A stretch of 64,000 nt of DNA from an uncultured Gemmatimonadales bacterium (GCA_963716255.1 OY970303.1:6144001-6208000); one strand, 5' to 3'. Positions 32,301 to 42,284 are shown, numbered from the stretch's first letter. Notes: generated by a model not told the origin, from the letters alone. Translations and numbers: made by a program.

Positions 32301-33242
32301 GCGTCGCAGATCAAGGTGTCCGAGGCGCTGATCGCCCTCTCGTCCCTCCGCCCCGGCGGGCAGGTGATCCTGTGCGGCGACGACAAGCAGCTCGCCCCCG
32401 TGATCCGCGGCCGGTACGGCGCGCGGGACGACAGCCTCTTCGGCTCGGTGTTCTCCCGCTTCGCGGAGTCGTTCCCAAAGCTCGCGCTGCGGGAGAGCCG
32501 GCGGATGAACCGCGCGCTGGTGGAGTACCCGCGGGAGCTGTTCTATCCCGGGCTGGTCTCCATGTGCCCGGAAGAGCGGGTGCGCCTCACGGCCGGCACG
32601 GCGCACCTGCTGGACGAGCTGGATTCGCTGCTGTGGGACGTGTTCTTCCGGCCCGAGGACGCGGTGGTGTTCTGCACCTACTCCGGCTACCGGGCCGGGG
32701 CGCGCAACCCGTTCGAGGCGGCGCTGGCGGCGCGGCTCGCCCGCCTGGCGCGCGGGGGGATGCTGGACCGGGACACCGGCGAGCGGTTCGCGCCGGCGCG
32801 CTTCGTGTCGCACGCGCTGGCGGTGCTCTCGCCGCACCGCGCGCAGAACAGCGCCATCTACGGCGAGCTGCTGGCGGGGGGGATGACGCGCGACGAGCTC
32901 CCCGTGGTGGACACGGTGGAGCGCATGCAGGGGAACGAGCGGGAGATGGTGGTGGTCTCCTACGCCGTGGCGGACGGCGAGTACGCCGAGCGCGAGGCGG
33001 AATTCCTGCTCAACCCCAACCGCTTCAACGTCTCCATCACCCGCCCCCGCGGCAAGCTGGTGGTGCTCATGAGCGACGAGGTGCTGCGCGTGGTCCCCCG
33101 CGACGAGGAGGTGATGACCGGCTCCATGGCCATCAAGGGCTACGGCCGCCACTGCACGGATGCCGAGCGCGAGCTGGAGCTCCCCGCGCCGGACGGCGGG
33201 TCCGTCCGCGTGCGGTGCCGCTACCGCCGCCTTCAGAACTGA
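29361..33242 (+). CDS. PD-(D/E)XK (RecB/Cas4-like) nuclease fused to SF1 DNA2/NAM7-type helicase
   Basis: CERQLRY, PDLV..VVDIKAS..HFAQVAYY; WGPPGTGKT, VIDEASQ, GDDKQLAP, TVERMQGNE, NRFNVSITR; start could be 29382. Confidence 0.88.
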   Translation: MQHPRPPMRLTGSLVAQFFRFRCERQLRYELVPEGERDGVEIPRANADPAAGPLVGIRPGSEVLLRAGRRWERRKVQELLRRFGEERVRLRGWTTAGDPLRMPYPEVAAALRDPGPTEWLVQPELRLPDPEGFARRWGIDPALVRIAPAQPDLVRIRRLPGGRLRFHVVDIKASREAAVSHFAQVAYYVLVLEEVCRAEGIAGAPDRRRGSVWSRGTRGPRSFPLGAYLYHVEEFLRGDLPRVAARSPAEAAWHLSPDSAGCAYFAHCRAEAERVDDLARVPGITPLARTTLRDRGIRTVRELAKSLRRDTYTGCHALESDAVRLKQRAQALQFGKIFDVEKETHLMGPAEGTRLVLAADEDPVTGTCFALGVRVVEGGRAASRVFLSGAGTRAGERALLLEFLAHLDRVAAGIAPAEPRGLNARGRGSAEGTLHFFVYDRAELATLRGVLERHLGDPEAQPAIARALAVLFPMDEASGSRPLRGSPGTVLCDAASALFALPVPYTYDLGPVSAVLLPEDGGHPYAPPAGYGRPFSGQVAFERAHEAWRKGPPRPGRPSADEARAGIRTAVESRLAAVDSVVRAVRERAERRGGSRLRLEAEPFAGGEGARPIDHSLLEALRTFTRAEAAAEAVQVRALHAQPAADRARRFECIRGMELAERREDGSLVFEFDPECRDAKFKPGDFTLVLTNEDTDTLLESDRRPWLRRQLAMELVEYDLSVAPPRVVLAPGDRRGFEKAEAAGAIHLDRRCVLDRAPSDFNTRRILATLRALAAGEGEAAAVLGLLEGRAPAGWSPPPADVEAVRRAVLAPAEAAYGRPVLNPDQDLAWEAAFGRAVSLVWGPPGTGKTYLLAWMLVGLAAAARRAGRPCRILVSSATHRAIVNVLVRVARELAATGIPGPLRAVKLRGSGSEADAELEGTSVELVEDARLEALLAEAEEGGEPLVVGSTVWSLWKRMREARSPEAPVASWFDVVVIDEASQIKVSEALIALSSLRPGGQVILCGDDKQLAPVIRGRYGARDDSLFGSVFSRFAESFPKLALRESRRMNRALVEYPRELFYPGLVSMCPEERVRLTAGTAHLLDELDSLLWDVFFRPEDAVVFCTYSGYRAGARNPFEAALAARLARLARGGMLDRDTGERFAPARFVSHALAVLSPHRAQNSAIYGELLAGGMTRDELPVVDTVERMQGNEREMVVVSYAVADGEYAEREAEFLLNPNRFNVSITRPRGKLVVLMSDEVLRVVPRDEEVMTGSMAIKGYGRHCTDAERELELPAPDGGSVRVRCRYRRLQN

Positions 33243-33280
33243 CCCCAATCCTGCCGAAGCTCCACTCCGGGACGACCCTC

Positions 33281-33309
33281 TTGCTTTTCAATACGTAAAA
33301 ACGTATAAT
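33281..33309 (+). promoter_or_regulatory. Sigma70 promoter with overlapping palindromic operator for the TA pair
   Basis: TTGCTT-N17-TATAAT; ATACGT-N4-ACGTAT at 33291-33306. Confidence 0.8.
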
Positions 33310-33323
33310 TCCTGGAGTCGAGC

Positions 33324-33722
33324 ATGGCGCCTAGGTACGTTCGCGAAGTCGAGCTGTTCACCGATGCCCGCGGCCGGTCGCGGGTGGCGGACGAGCTGAA
33401 GCGCATCGGGCGGAGCGACGCGCGTGGCATCCGCGCCATCCGCAACAAGGTCGATCTGCTCCGTCAGCAGTCGCTCGACGATGCGCTGCGGAGCCGGCTG
33501 ATCAAGAAGCCCAGCGCCACCCTGTACGTGCTGCGTGTGCAGAGCGGGCCGGTGTCGTACAGGCTCCCGTTCTTCGAGCCGCCGTGCCGCGGCGGGGCGC
33601 TCGTGGTGCTCACGAGCGCGGCTCACAGGCGGGACCTGCGGGGAGATTCCTACGCGGAACTGCTCGCGGACGCGGAGCGGCTCCGCGAGGACTGGATCCA
33701 ACGCAACTGCAAGGGAGGATGA
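33324..33722 (+). CDS. RelE/HigB (Gp49-like) toxin
   Basis: [24 protein letters not shown] pattern; toxin-first order before an XRE HTH gene. Confidence 0.65.
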   Translation: MAPRYVREVELFTDARGRSRVADELKRIGRSDARGIRAIRNKVDLLRQQSLDDALRSRLIKKPSATLYVLRVQSGPVSYRLPFFEPPCRGGALVVLTSAAHRRDLRGDSYAELLADAERLREDWIQRNCKGG

Positions 33723-33724
33723 CC

Positions 33725-34102
33725 ATGCGCTCCGACGAGTTCTTTCGCCGCCTGGACGAGGAGTTTCCTACCGACCCCGCCGTCGCGGCCGAGGTGGATC
33801 CTCCCCACGTCCTGGCGAGCAACGTGTACCGCCTCCGCAAGGCCCGTGGCCTCACCCAGGAACAGCTCGCCGAAGCGGTGGGCGTCCGCCAGCCCCGCAT
33901 TGCCGAAGTGGAGCGCGGCGACGCCAATCCCCGTCTCCTGACCCTCTCCAAGCTGGCGTTCGCCCTCGGCGTCCCGGTCGCGGCGCTGCTCGACCCGGAC
34001 CACCCGGACCGGCTGGACGAGCCCGCCGCGCCCGTGGAATACCAGCGTGCGGCACCCCCGGTCCGCAGGGTCGCAGAGCCGCGCCCGGGGTTCCCCGAGT
34101 AG
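33725..34102 (+). CDS. XRE-family HTH antitoxin (HigA-like)
   Basis: [35 protein letters not shown]. Confidence 0.88.
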   Translation: MRSDEFFRRLDEEFPTDPAVAAEVDPPHVLASNVYRLRKARGLTQEQLAEAVGVRQPRIAEVERGDANPRLLTLSKLAFALGVPVAALLDPDHPDRLDEPAAPVEYQRAAPPVRRVAEPRPGFPE

Positions 34103-34242
34103 CGTCCCGATCCGTCCGCTCCCCCCCTCCGCGCCCTCCCGTCCTCCCGCCCCTTCCGCTCTCGACACCGGACCCCCTCCCGGGTTACAATCCTGGCCTT
34201 CCGACCCGCAACCGCAACGCTTTGCCGGATAGAGGCCAGCCC

Positions 34243-35493
<1,251 letters not shown>

Positions 35494-35698
35494 CGGCAGG
35501 GAGACGGGGCACAGGTTACAGGGGACAGCCTGCAACTACGGTAGGGCCTGCCGTGTCGTGCAGTTCGGGGGCTGTTCCCTGTTCCCTTGGGTGGTGTAAA
35601 GGCCGGGCGGGGATTCCCTGTTCCCTGTAGTTCTTGGATCCCGTCGGGGAGATCGGTGTAAGGAGCGGTCCCTGAACGCCCCCACCCCAAGTAAAGCC

Positions 35699-37084
35699 AT
35701 GCCGGAGCAGAAGAAGGCCTACATCGAGACGTACGGGTGCCAGATGAACATCAGCGACACCGAGCTGATGCACGGCATCCTCGCCGAGAGCGGGTACGCG
35801 TCCACCGACAGCCCCGAGGACGCGGACGTGATTCTGGTGAACACCTGCGCCATCCGCGACCACGCGGAGCAGCGGGTGATCGGCCGGGTGGGCCAGCTCC
35901 AGCAGTTCCGTCGGCAGGGCGCCGTGATCGGCGTCACCGGTTGCATGGCGCAGCGCATGGGCGCGGACCTCCTCGACCGCTCCGGCGGCGTGGACCTGGT
36001 GATGGGGCCCGACGCGTACCGGCAGCTCCCCGAAAAGCTCGCCGGGCTGCGCGCCCCGGTTCCCGCGCCGGCCCCGCGCTCCTTCGCGCTCCCGGTGATG
36101 GGCGCCCCGGCGAAGGGGCTCACGGTGCTGGGCTTCGATCCGTTCGAGAACTACGAGGGCGTCACGGCCCGGCGCACCTCCGCCATCTCGGCGTGGGTGC
36201 CCATCCAGCGCGGGTGCAACTACCGCTGCACCTACTGCATCGTCCCCTACGTCCGTGGCGACGAAAAGAACCGCGACCCCGAGCAGGTCCTCGCCGAGGT
36301 CCGCGCGCTGGCCGCCGACGGCGTCCCCGAGGTCACCCTCCTGGGCCAGACCGTCAACTCGTACGAGCACGGCGACTGGGACTTCCCCCGGCTGTTGAAA
36401 GCAGTTGCGGGTATCGACGGGATCCGGCGCGTGCGCTTCACCTCGCCGCACCCCAACGACTTCACGCGCGAGCTGGTGCGGGTCATGGCGGAGGAGCCCG
36501 CCGTGTGCAAGCAGCTGCACCTCCCGGCGCAGTCCGGCCACGACCGCACGCTCAGGCGCATGCTGCGCCGCTACACCGTGGAAGCGTACCTGGAAAAGAT
36601 CGCCTGGGTGCGCGAGGCCATCCCGCATGTCGCCCTGTCCACCGACATCATCGTCGCCTTCCCCGGCGAGACCGACGAGGAGTACGAGGCCACGCTCGAC
36701 CTGATGCGGACCGTGCGCTTCGACGACGCGTACCTGTACCGGTACTCCCTGCGCGACGGCACCCCGGCCACCCGCCTTCCCGCCGAGCAGTTCGTCCCCG
36801 ACGAGGTGGGCCAGGCGCGGCTGGAGCGGCTGATCGCGCTGCACCGCGGGATCCAGCTGGAGATCAACCGCGCCGAGGTGGGCCGGGTGGAGGAGGTGCT
36901 GGTGGAAAAGGAAGCGCGGCGCGGCGGGCTCCAGGGGCGCACCGACTCCAACAAGGTGGTCACCTTCGAGGGGCCCGCCTCGCTCATCGGCGGCTTCGCC
37001 GAGGTGCGCCTCGTTTCCACCTCGGGCGCCACCTTCGGCGGGGCGCTGGTGGAGGCCGCGGTTCCCTCGGGGGCCGCGGCATGA
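35699..37084 (+). CDS. miaB: tRNA i6A37 methylthiotransferase
   Basis: TYGCQMN, NTCAIR, GCMAQ, CNYRCTYC radical-SAM motif, FTSPHP, C-terminal TRAM. Confidence 0.96.
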   Translation: MPEQKKAYIETYGCQMNISDTELMHGILAESGYASTDSPEDADVILVNTCAIRDHAEQRVIGRVGQLQQFRRQGAVIGVTGCMAQRMGADLLDRSGGVDLVMGPDAYRQLPEKLAGLRAPVPAPAPRSFALPVMGAPAKGLTVLGFDPFENYEGVTARRTSAISAWVPIQRGCNYRCTYCIVPYVRGDEKNRDPEQVLAEVRALAADGVPEVTLLGQTVNSYEHGDWDFPRLLKAVAGIDGIRRVRFTSPHPNDFTRELVRVMAEEPAVCKQLHLPAQSGHDRTLRRMLRRYTVEAYLEKIAWVREAIPHVALSTDIIVAFPGETDEEYEATLDLMRTVRFDDAYLYRYSLRDGTPATRLPAEQFVPDEVGQARLERLIALHRGIQLEINRAEVGRVEEVLVEKEARRGGLQGRTDSNKVVTFEGPASLIGGFAEVRLVSTSGATFGGALVEAAVPSGAAA

Positions 37085-37377
37085 CGCGCGGCGGCTGGTT
37101 GGGAATCGCCGCCCTCGCGCTCCTGGCCGCCGCGTTCGCCTACGCCAACCGGGGCGAGGCGGCGGCTGTCCACCTGGGCTTCGCCACGTTCTACCGGGCG
37201 CCGGTGGCGCTGCTGGTGCTGGGGTCGTTCCTGCTGGGGATGGTCGCCATGTTCCTGCTGGGGCTGCGGCAGGACCTCCGGGTGCGGCGCATGCTCCGGG
37301 AGCGGCAGGTGTCGCGGTCCCACGACGACTCGACCGAGCTGTTCCCGCAGCGGTATTCTCCTCCCGATCTTTCCTGA
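37081..37377 (+). CDS. LapA family small membrane protein
   Basis: Two TM helices, FAYAN, PVALLVLGSFLLG. Confidence 0.7.
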   Translation: MTRGGWLGIAALALLAAAFAYANRGEAAAVHLGFATFYRAPVALLVLGSFLLGMVAMFLLGLRQDLRVRRMLRERQVSRSHDDSTELFPQRYSPPDLS

Positions 37378-37432
37378 AGTCTTTTCCCGGCTGAAATAGA
37401 GATCGTCCGGTTCCGGGGCTTGGGTCCGCTCC

Positions 37433-37556
37433 GGAGCCGGACGATACTACTGTCCGTCTCCTGCGCGGGTCGCGGAGCCACCGGAAACTGCCCCGGTGTC
37501 TCCGCTCCGGCTCCGTGAGCCTCGCGCAAACTGCCGCGCGAGTCTCCCTCCGCGAC
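37433..37556 (-). repeat. Three tandem GAGAC-stem-(G)GYAGTWT-stem-GGCTC hairpins
   Basis: Units at 37433-37461, 37474-37503 and 37517-37546 reproduce hairpin A of the 130-nt element with different stems. Confidence 0.8.
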
Positions 37557-37669
37557 ATCATCTGGGAACTGCGGGGAACTGCGAACCGCCGCGAACGCGG
37601 GCGTCGCCGTGTCGCCGCGCCCGGGCGACAATCCCTGGTCCGCCTCCCACCCCCCACTTCCCGCCCGGG

Positions 37670-40048
37670 ATGCCCTACCTCACGCTCCCGCTGGTCCTCG
37701 CCTTCTTCGCGCTCCTCGCCGGCCTGCTCCCCGGCCTCCGGTTCGGAGGGCCGCCGCTCGTCCCGGCGCTCGGCGCCTGCGCGGCGGTGCTCGCCGCGCT
37801 CGCGTACGCCCGCGACGGCGCCCGCGCGCCGCGCGACCGGTTCGTCCCCGCGGCGCTGCTCGTTGCGTTCGCGCTGGCGGGGGCGGCGCTCGGGGCGAGC
37901 GGGCGGCGCGACGTGGAGGCGGACTGCCGCATCCGCATCCCGGAAGGCGCTCGGCTGGCCGTGCGCGGCGTCCTCGGCGCCAACGCGGTCCCCACGGTCC
38001 GCGACGGGAAGCCGCGCTCCGCCCGCGTTCCCGTGGAGGTCCTGGAGATGCGCGCCGGGGGGCGCGTCGTCCCGGGGTGCGGCGGCGAGGTCAGCGTCCG
38101 CATGCCCCGCGAGGCGGGGCCCATGCGCGCCGGGACGGAGGTCGTCGTGCGGGGGACGTGGGCGCGCTACCCGGCGCCCGACGGTCCCGGGCGCTGGCCG
38201 CGCAACCCGGCGTATGCCGGGATGGTGGAGGCGCGCCAGGCCGCCGTCCGCGCTCCGCCCTCGCTCGCCGCGCACCCGCTGCTCGCCCTGCGCGGGCGGA
38301 GCGAGGCCCACCTCCACCACGTGTTCCCGCGGCACGGCGCCCTCGCCGACGCGCTGCTCCTGGGGAGGCGCGAGGGGCTGGACCGCGAGCTGAGCGACCG
38401 CTTCGCGCAGTCCGGGCTGGTGCACCTGCTGGCGATCTCCGGCGGGCACGTGGCGCTCATCGCCACCGCGCTGATGCTCCTGGGGAGCGTGCTCCGCTTC
38501 GGGCGGAGATCCGTCACCTGGAGCACCCTCCTGCTGGTGGCCGTGTACCTGGCGGTGATCGGCGCGCCGGCTTCGGCCGTCCGCTCCGGGATCATGGTGG
38601 GGCTCGGCCTCGTCGCCGTGCTCCTCCAGCGCCCCTCGGCGGCGCTCCCCGTCGTCGCGGCGTCCGCGCTGGCGATCCTCGCCTTCCAGCCCACCGCGGT
38701 GCTGGATCCCGGGTTCCAGCTGTCGTTCGCGGGAGTGCTGGGCATCATGCTGCTGCGCGGTCCCATGCTGCGGCACGTGCCGTCCGCCTGGAAGCGGTAC
38801 CCGGCGGCCCGCTGGACGGCGGAGTCGCTGGTGGTGAGCCTGGCGGCGTTCGTGGCCACGGCGCCGGTGACGGCGTACCACTTCGGCCAGGTGGCGCCGG
38901 TGTCCATCCTGGCGAACCTGCCGGCCATCCCGCTCACCTCGCTGGCGCTGGTGGGCGTGGGCGTTGCCGCCCTGGTGGAGCCGGTGGTCCCACCGCTGGG
39001 ACGGATGTTTGCGGATGGCACCGGGCTTGCGCTCGACCTGCTGGACGCGACGGCCCGGTACGCCGCGGCGGTCCCGGGCGGGCACCGCGCGGTGGCGCCG
39101 CCGCAGGGGTGGCTGTGGGCCGCGGTGGCGGTGGTGGTGCTGCTGGCGCTGGACGCCGGCGCGAAGATGCGCTCCGCCGTCCGCTGGACGGTGGCCGCGT
39201 GCGCGGCGTGCGCCGCCTTCCTCGCGCTCCCGGCGGTGGCCGCGTCCACCGGCGCGGGGGCGCTGGAGATCCACTTCATAGACGTGGGGCAGGGGGACGC
39301 CGTCGCAATCCGCACCCCCGCCGACCGCTGGATCCTGGTGGACGCCGGGCCGCGCGACGAGGGGTTCGACGCCGGCGAGCGGCGCGTTCTCCCCTTCCTG
39401 CGGGCCCACGGCGCGCGGCGGCTGGAGGCGCTGGTGCTCACGCACCCCCACGCCGACCACGTGGGGGGCGCGCCCGCGGTGCTCGGCGCGCTCCCCGTGG
39501 GGCGGGTGATCGATCCCGGGCTCCCCACCGGTACCCCCTGGTACCTGGAGACGCTGCGCGCCGCCGAAGCGCGCCGCGTTCCCTGGGCCGAGGCGCGCGA
39601 GGGGCGCACGCTCACCCTGGACGGCGTGGTCGTGGAGCTCCTCTGGCCGCTCCCGGGCTCGCTTGACTTTGTTGCAGACGCGAACAAAATTAGCGCGGTG
39701 ATACAGGTTCGCTACGGGAGCTTTTCGGCGCTGCTGACGGGGGACGCGGGGGAGGAAGAGGAGGCGGCGATCCTCGCCCGCCACCCGGGCGGGCTGCGCG
39801 CGCAGCTCCTCAAGGCCGGGCACCACGGCAGCCGCACCTCCACCTCCGCCGCCCTGCTGGACGCCCTGCGCCCGGAGCTGGTGGTGGTTTCCGCGGGTCG
39901 CCGGAACCACTACGGCCACCCGGCCCCGGAGACGCTGCGCCGGCTGGAGGCGCGCGGCATCCCCGTCGCCCGCACCGACCGCGAGGGCAACGTGTCCGTG
40001 CGGGTGCCCGCGGGCGGGCGGAGCGGGTGGGAGCGCGTGGAATCGTGA
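37670..40048 (+). CDS. comEC: DNA internalization competence protein ComEC/Rec2
   Basis: HLLAISGGHV, GFQLSF, DVGQGDA, THPHADHVGG, LTGD, GHHGS, YGHP, RTD. Confidence 0.95.
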   Translation: MPYLTLPLVLAFFALLAGLLPGLRFGGPPLVPALGACAAVLAALAYARDGARAPRDRFVPAALLVAFALAGAALGASGRRDVEADCRIRIPEGARLAVRGVLGANAVPTVRDGKPRSARVPVEVLEMRAGGRVVPGCGGEVSVRMPREAGPMRAGTEVVVRGTWARYPAPDGPGRWPRNPAYAGMVEARQAAVRAPPSLAAHPLLALRGRSEAHLHHVFPRHGALADALLLGRREGLDRELSDRFAQSGLVHLLAISGGHVALIATALMLLGSVLRFGRRSVTWSTLLLVAVYLAVIGAPASAVRSGIMVGLGLVAVLLQRPSAALPVVAASALAILAFQPTAVLDPGFQLSFAGVLGIMLLRGPMLRHVPSAWKRYPAARWTAESLVVSLAAFVATAPVTAYHFGQVAPVSILANLPAIPLTSLALVGVGVAALVEPVVPPLGRMFADGTGLALDLLDATARYAAAVPGGHRAVAPPQGWLWAAVAVVVLLALDAGAKMRSAVRWTVAACAACAAFLALPAVAASTGAGALEIHFIDVGQGDAVAIRTPADRWILVDAGPRDEGFDAGERRVLPFLRAHGARRLEALVLTHPHADHVGGAPAVLGALPVGRVIDPGLPTGTPWYLETLRAAEARRVPWAEAREGRTLTLDGVVVELLWPLPGSLDFVADANKISAVIQVRYGSFSALLTGDAGEEEEAAILARHPGGLRAQLLKAGHHGSRTSTSAALLDALRPELVVVSAGRRNHYGHPAPETLRRLEARGIPVARTDREGNVSVRVPAGGRSGWERVES
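39663..39691 (+). promoter_or_regulatory. Possible internal promoter in comEC
   Basis: TTGACT-N16-CAAAAT within a run of A/T-ending codons. Confidence 0.4.
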
Positions 40049-40422
40049 GCCTCCTGGAGATGCTCCTGCGGCCCGTGCTCGGCCGCCGCGTGGCGCCGCC
40101 GCCCGAGGTGGCCCCCGACGTCCCCGGCGGGGTGACTTTCCGCGAGGGGAGGCTGGTCCCCGCCATCGGCGGCGTCCTGGGAAGGATGAAGGGGCCCGCC
40201 TCCGCGGTGACGCTGGGGCACACCATCGTCGTCCATCCCGGCGCGCGGCTCTCCCGGCGGCTGCTGGTGCACGAGCTGACCCACGTCCGCCAGTGGGAGG
40301 AGGACCGTCTCTTCCCCCTGCGGTACGCGCTGGAGAGCCTGCGGCGCGGCTACCGGAACAACCGCTACGAGCTGGAGGCCCGCGAAGCCGAGCGGGACGC
40401 TCCCGGCGCCAACCCAATCTGA
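40045..40422 (+). CDS. DUF4157-like HExxH protein
   Basis: AVTLGHTI, LVHELTHVRQ, GYRNNRYELEA. Confidence 0.8.
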   Translation: MSLLEMLLRPVLGRRVAPPPEVAPDVPGGVTFREGRLVPAIGGVLGRMKGPASAVTLGHTIVVHPGARLSRRLLVHELTHVRQWEEDRLFPLRYALESLRRGYRNNRYELEAREAERDAPGANPI

Positions 40423-40435
40423 GCCAGAGGACTCC

Positions 40436-41461
40436 GTGACCAAATCCGTCGTCACCATCGAGCGGCACATCATCGAAGCCGAGCGCCAGTTCCCGGAAGC
40501 CACGGGCGCCTTCAGCAGCATCCTCTACGACATCGCCTTCGCGGCCAAGATGATCGCCAGGGAGGTGCGCCGCGCGGGGCTGAACGACATCCTGGGGCTC
40601 ACGGGTGAGGTCAACGTACAGGGCGAGGAGGTCAAGAAGCTGGACGAGTTCGCCAACGACGTGATCTTCAAGGCGCTCGACCACACGGGCCACCTGTGCG
40701 GCATGGCGTCGGAGGAGGAGGAGGACTTCATCCCCATCCCCGACCGCTTCCCCACCGGCAAGTACTGCGTCATGTACGACCCGCTCGACGGCTCGTCCAA
40801 CATCGACGCCAACGTGTCCGTGGGGACCATCTTCTCCATCCACCGCAAGGTCTCGGACCACGAGCGCGGGTGCGTGCAGGACTGCCTCCAGCCGGGGACG
40901 CGCCAGGTGGCGGCGGGCTACGTGGTGTACGGGTCGTCCACCATGCTGGTGTACACCACCGGCAACGGGGTGCACGGCTTCACGCTGGAGCCCTCCATCG
41001 GCGAGTTCCTCCTGTCGCACCCCAACATGCGCATCCCCGCTCCCGGGCAGCGCATCTACTCGTGCAACGAGGGCAACTACGTCCACTGGACCGAGGAGCA
41101 GCGCCGCTTCGTGGACCACCTCAAGGGGGTGGACGGGGAGAACGCGAAGCCCTTCAGCTCGCGCTACATCGGCTCGCTGGTGGCGGACTTCCACCGCAAC
41201 CTGCTGTACGGCGGCCTGTTCATGTACCCCGCCGACGCGCGGAGCCCGCGCGGCAAGCTGCGCCTGCTGTACGAGGCCGCACCGCTGGCCATGATCTGCG
41301 AGCACGCGGGCGGCCGCGCCTCGGACGGAGCGCAGAGGATCCTGGAGATCGTCCCCACGGAGCTGCACGAGCGCACTCCGCTCTACATCGGCACCGCGGC
41401 GTACGTGGAGCAGGCCGAGCGCTTCCTCGCCGGGGCAGGGGCGGCGACGGCGGTGGCCTGA
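40436..41461 (+). CDS. fbp: Class 1 fructose-1,6-bisphosphatase
   Basis: GEEVKKLD, DPLDGSSNID, RYIGSLVADFHR, GKLRLLYE. Confidence 0.97.
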   Translation: MTKSVVTIERHIIEAERQFPEATGAFSSILYDIAFAAKMIAREVRRAGLNDILGLTGEVNVQGEEVKKLDEFANDVIFKALDHTGHLCGMASEEEEDFIPIPDRFPTGKYCVMYDPLDGSSNIDANVSVGTIFSIHRKVSDHERGCVQDCLQPGTRQVAAGYVVYGSSTMLVYTTGNGVHGFTLEPSIGEFLLSHPNMRIPAPGQRIYSCNEGNYVHWTEEQRRFVDHLKGVDGENAKPFSSRYIGSLVADFHRNLLYGGLFMYPADARSPRGKLRLLYEAAPLAMICEHAGGRASDGAQRILEIVPTELHERTPLYIGTAAYVEQAERFLAGAGAATAVA

Positions 41462-41466
41462 GCCCG

Positions 41467-41748
41467 GTGGACGCCGCCGGGGAGCGCCGCCTGGTGGTGG
41501 ACCGCCTGGAGGGCGACCTGGTGGTGGCCCGCGACCACGGCGGAGGCTTCCACGACCTCCCCCGCTGGCTCCTCCCGGCGGGGCTCCGCGAGGGCGACGT
41601 GGTGGTGGCGCGCGCGGAGGGGGAGGGAGCCGGGGCCAGGGTGGAGCTGACCATCGACCGGGAGGCGGGCGCCGCGGGCCGCGGGGAAGCGGCTGCGATC
41701 CTCGCCCGCCTCCGGCGCGGCGACTCGGGGGAGGACCTTCCGGCCTAG
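41467..41748 (+). CDS. DUF3006 domain protein
   Basis: VVDRLEGDLVV, LPAGLREGDVV. Confidence 0.8.
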   Translation: MDAAGERRLVVDRLEGDLVVARDHGGGFHDLPRWLLPAGLREGDVVVARAEGEGAGARVELTIDREAGAAGRGEAAAILARLRRGDSGEDLPA

Positions 41749-41766
41749 CGCCGGGAGGTCCTTTTT
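41732..41766 (+). terminator. Intrinsic terminator
   Basis: AGGACCTTCCGGC-N5-GCCGGGAGGTCCT followed by a T run. Confidence 0.8.
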
Positions 41767-41870
41767 CTCGCGGCGCTCCCGCGCAGAGGTTGAACGAATC
41801 CCGCAGGCTTCATTAGATTGCGGGGTTGGCGGTACCCGCCCCGCGGCCCGGACGCGAACCAGAACCCCGC

Positions 41871-42284
41871 ATGCATCCTACCTGTCCGCTCTGCCGGCAC
41901 CCGATGTCCGTCGCGGAAAGCGCCTCCGGCCTGCTCGGGGAGCCGCCTCGCTACGTGTGCCGGAGCCCGGGATGCCTCGGCAGCTCGCTTGCCTCCGAAG
42001 CCACCACCTGGCTGGGCGGCGGCCCCCGGCAGCAGGGCGGCGCCCCGGAGGTGCTGGGCACGCCGCACGCGGAGCCGACCTATACCGCGCCCGGGAACAC
42101 CACCTGGCTCGGCGGCTCTCCGTCGTACGCTCCGGAGCCCCCCCGCCGCTCCACCGTGCGCGAGCGCGGGACCTCCCCCAGCCCCAACGGCCACGAGTTC
42201 GAGGACGGAGTCTGCCTGCACTGCGGCCGCATGGAGCGCCTCGCCGGCCGTTACGGATGGAGCTGCCCGGTCCGCCTGCCCTGA
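41871..42284 (+). CDS. Small Cys-rich hypothetical protein
   Basis: CPLC...CRSPGC and HEF..CLHC...C; GC-rich third codon positions. Confidence 0.6.
   Translation: MHPTCPLCRHPMSVAESASGLLGEPPRYVCRSPGCLGSSLASEATTWLGGGPRQQGGAPEVLGTPHAEPTYTAPGNTTWLGGSPSYAPEPPRRSTVRERGTSPSPNGHEFEDGVCLHCGRMERLAGRYGWSCPVRLP

Noticed and set aside
40045..40422. DUF4157 as evidence of a contractile injection system
   Set aside because: Single small domain in a housekeeping context with no structural genes nearby.
35516..41368. Very long antisense or alternative-frame ORFs (1950 aa here; also 14898-18662, most of 28905-33248, 42649-46614)
   Set aside because: Shadow ORFs of high-GC coding DNA overlapping well-supported genes; Arg/Pro/Gly-rich with no motifs.
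41790..41819. TTGAAC-N18-TAGATT possible promoter
   Set aside because: Plausible but weak, with no independent support.
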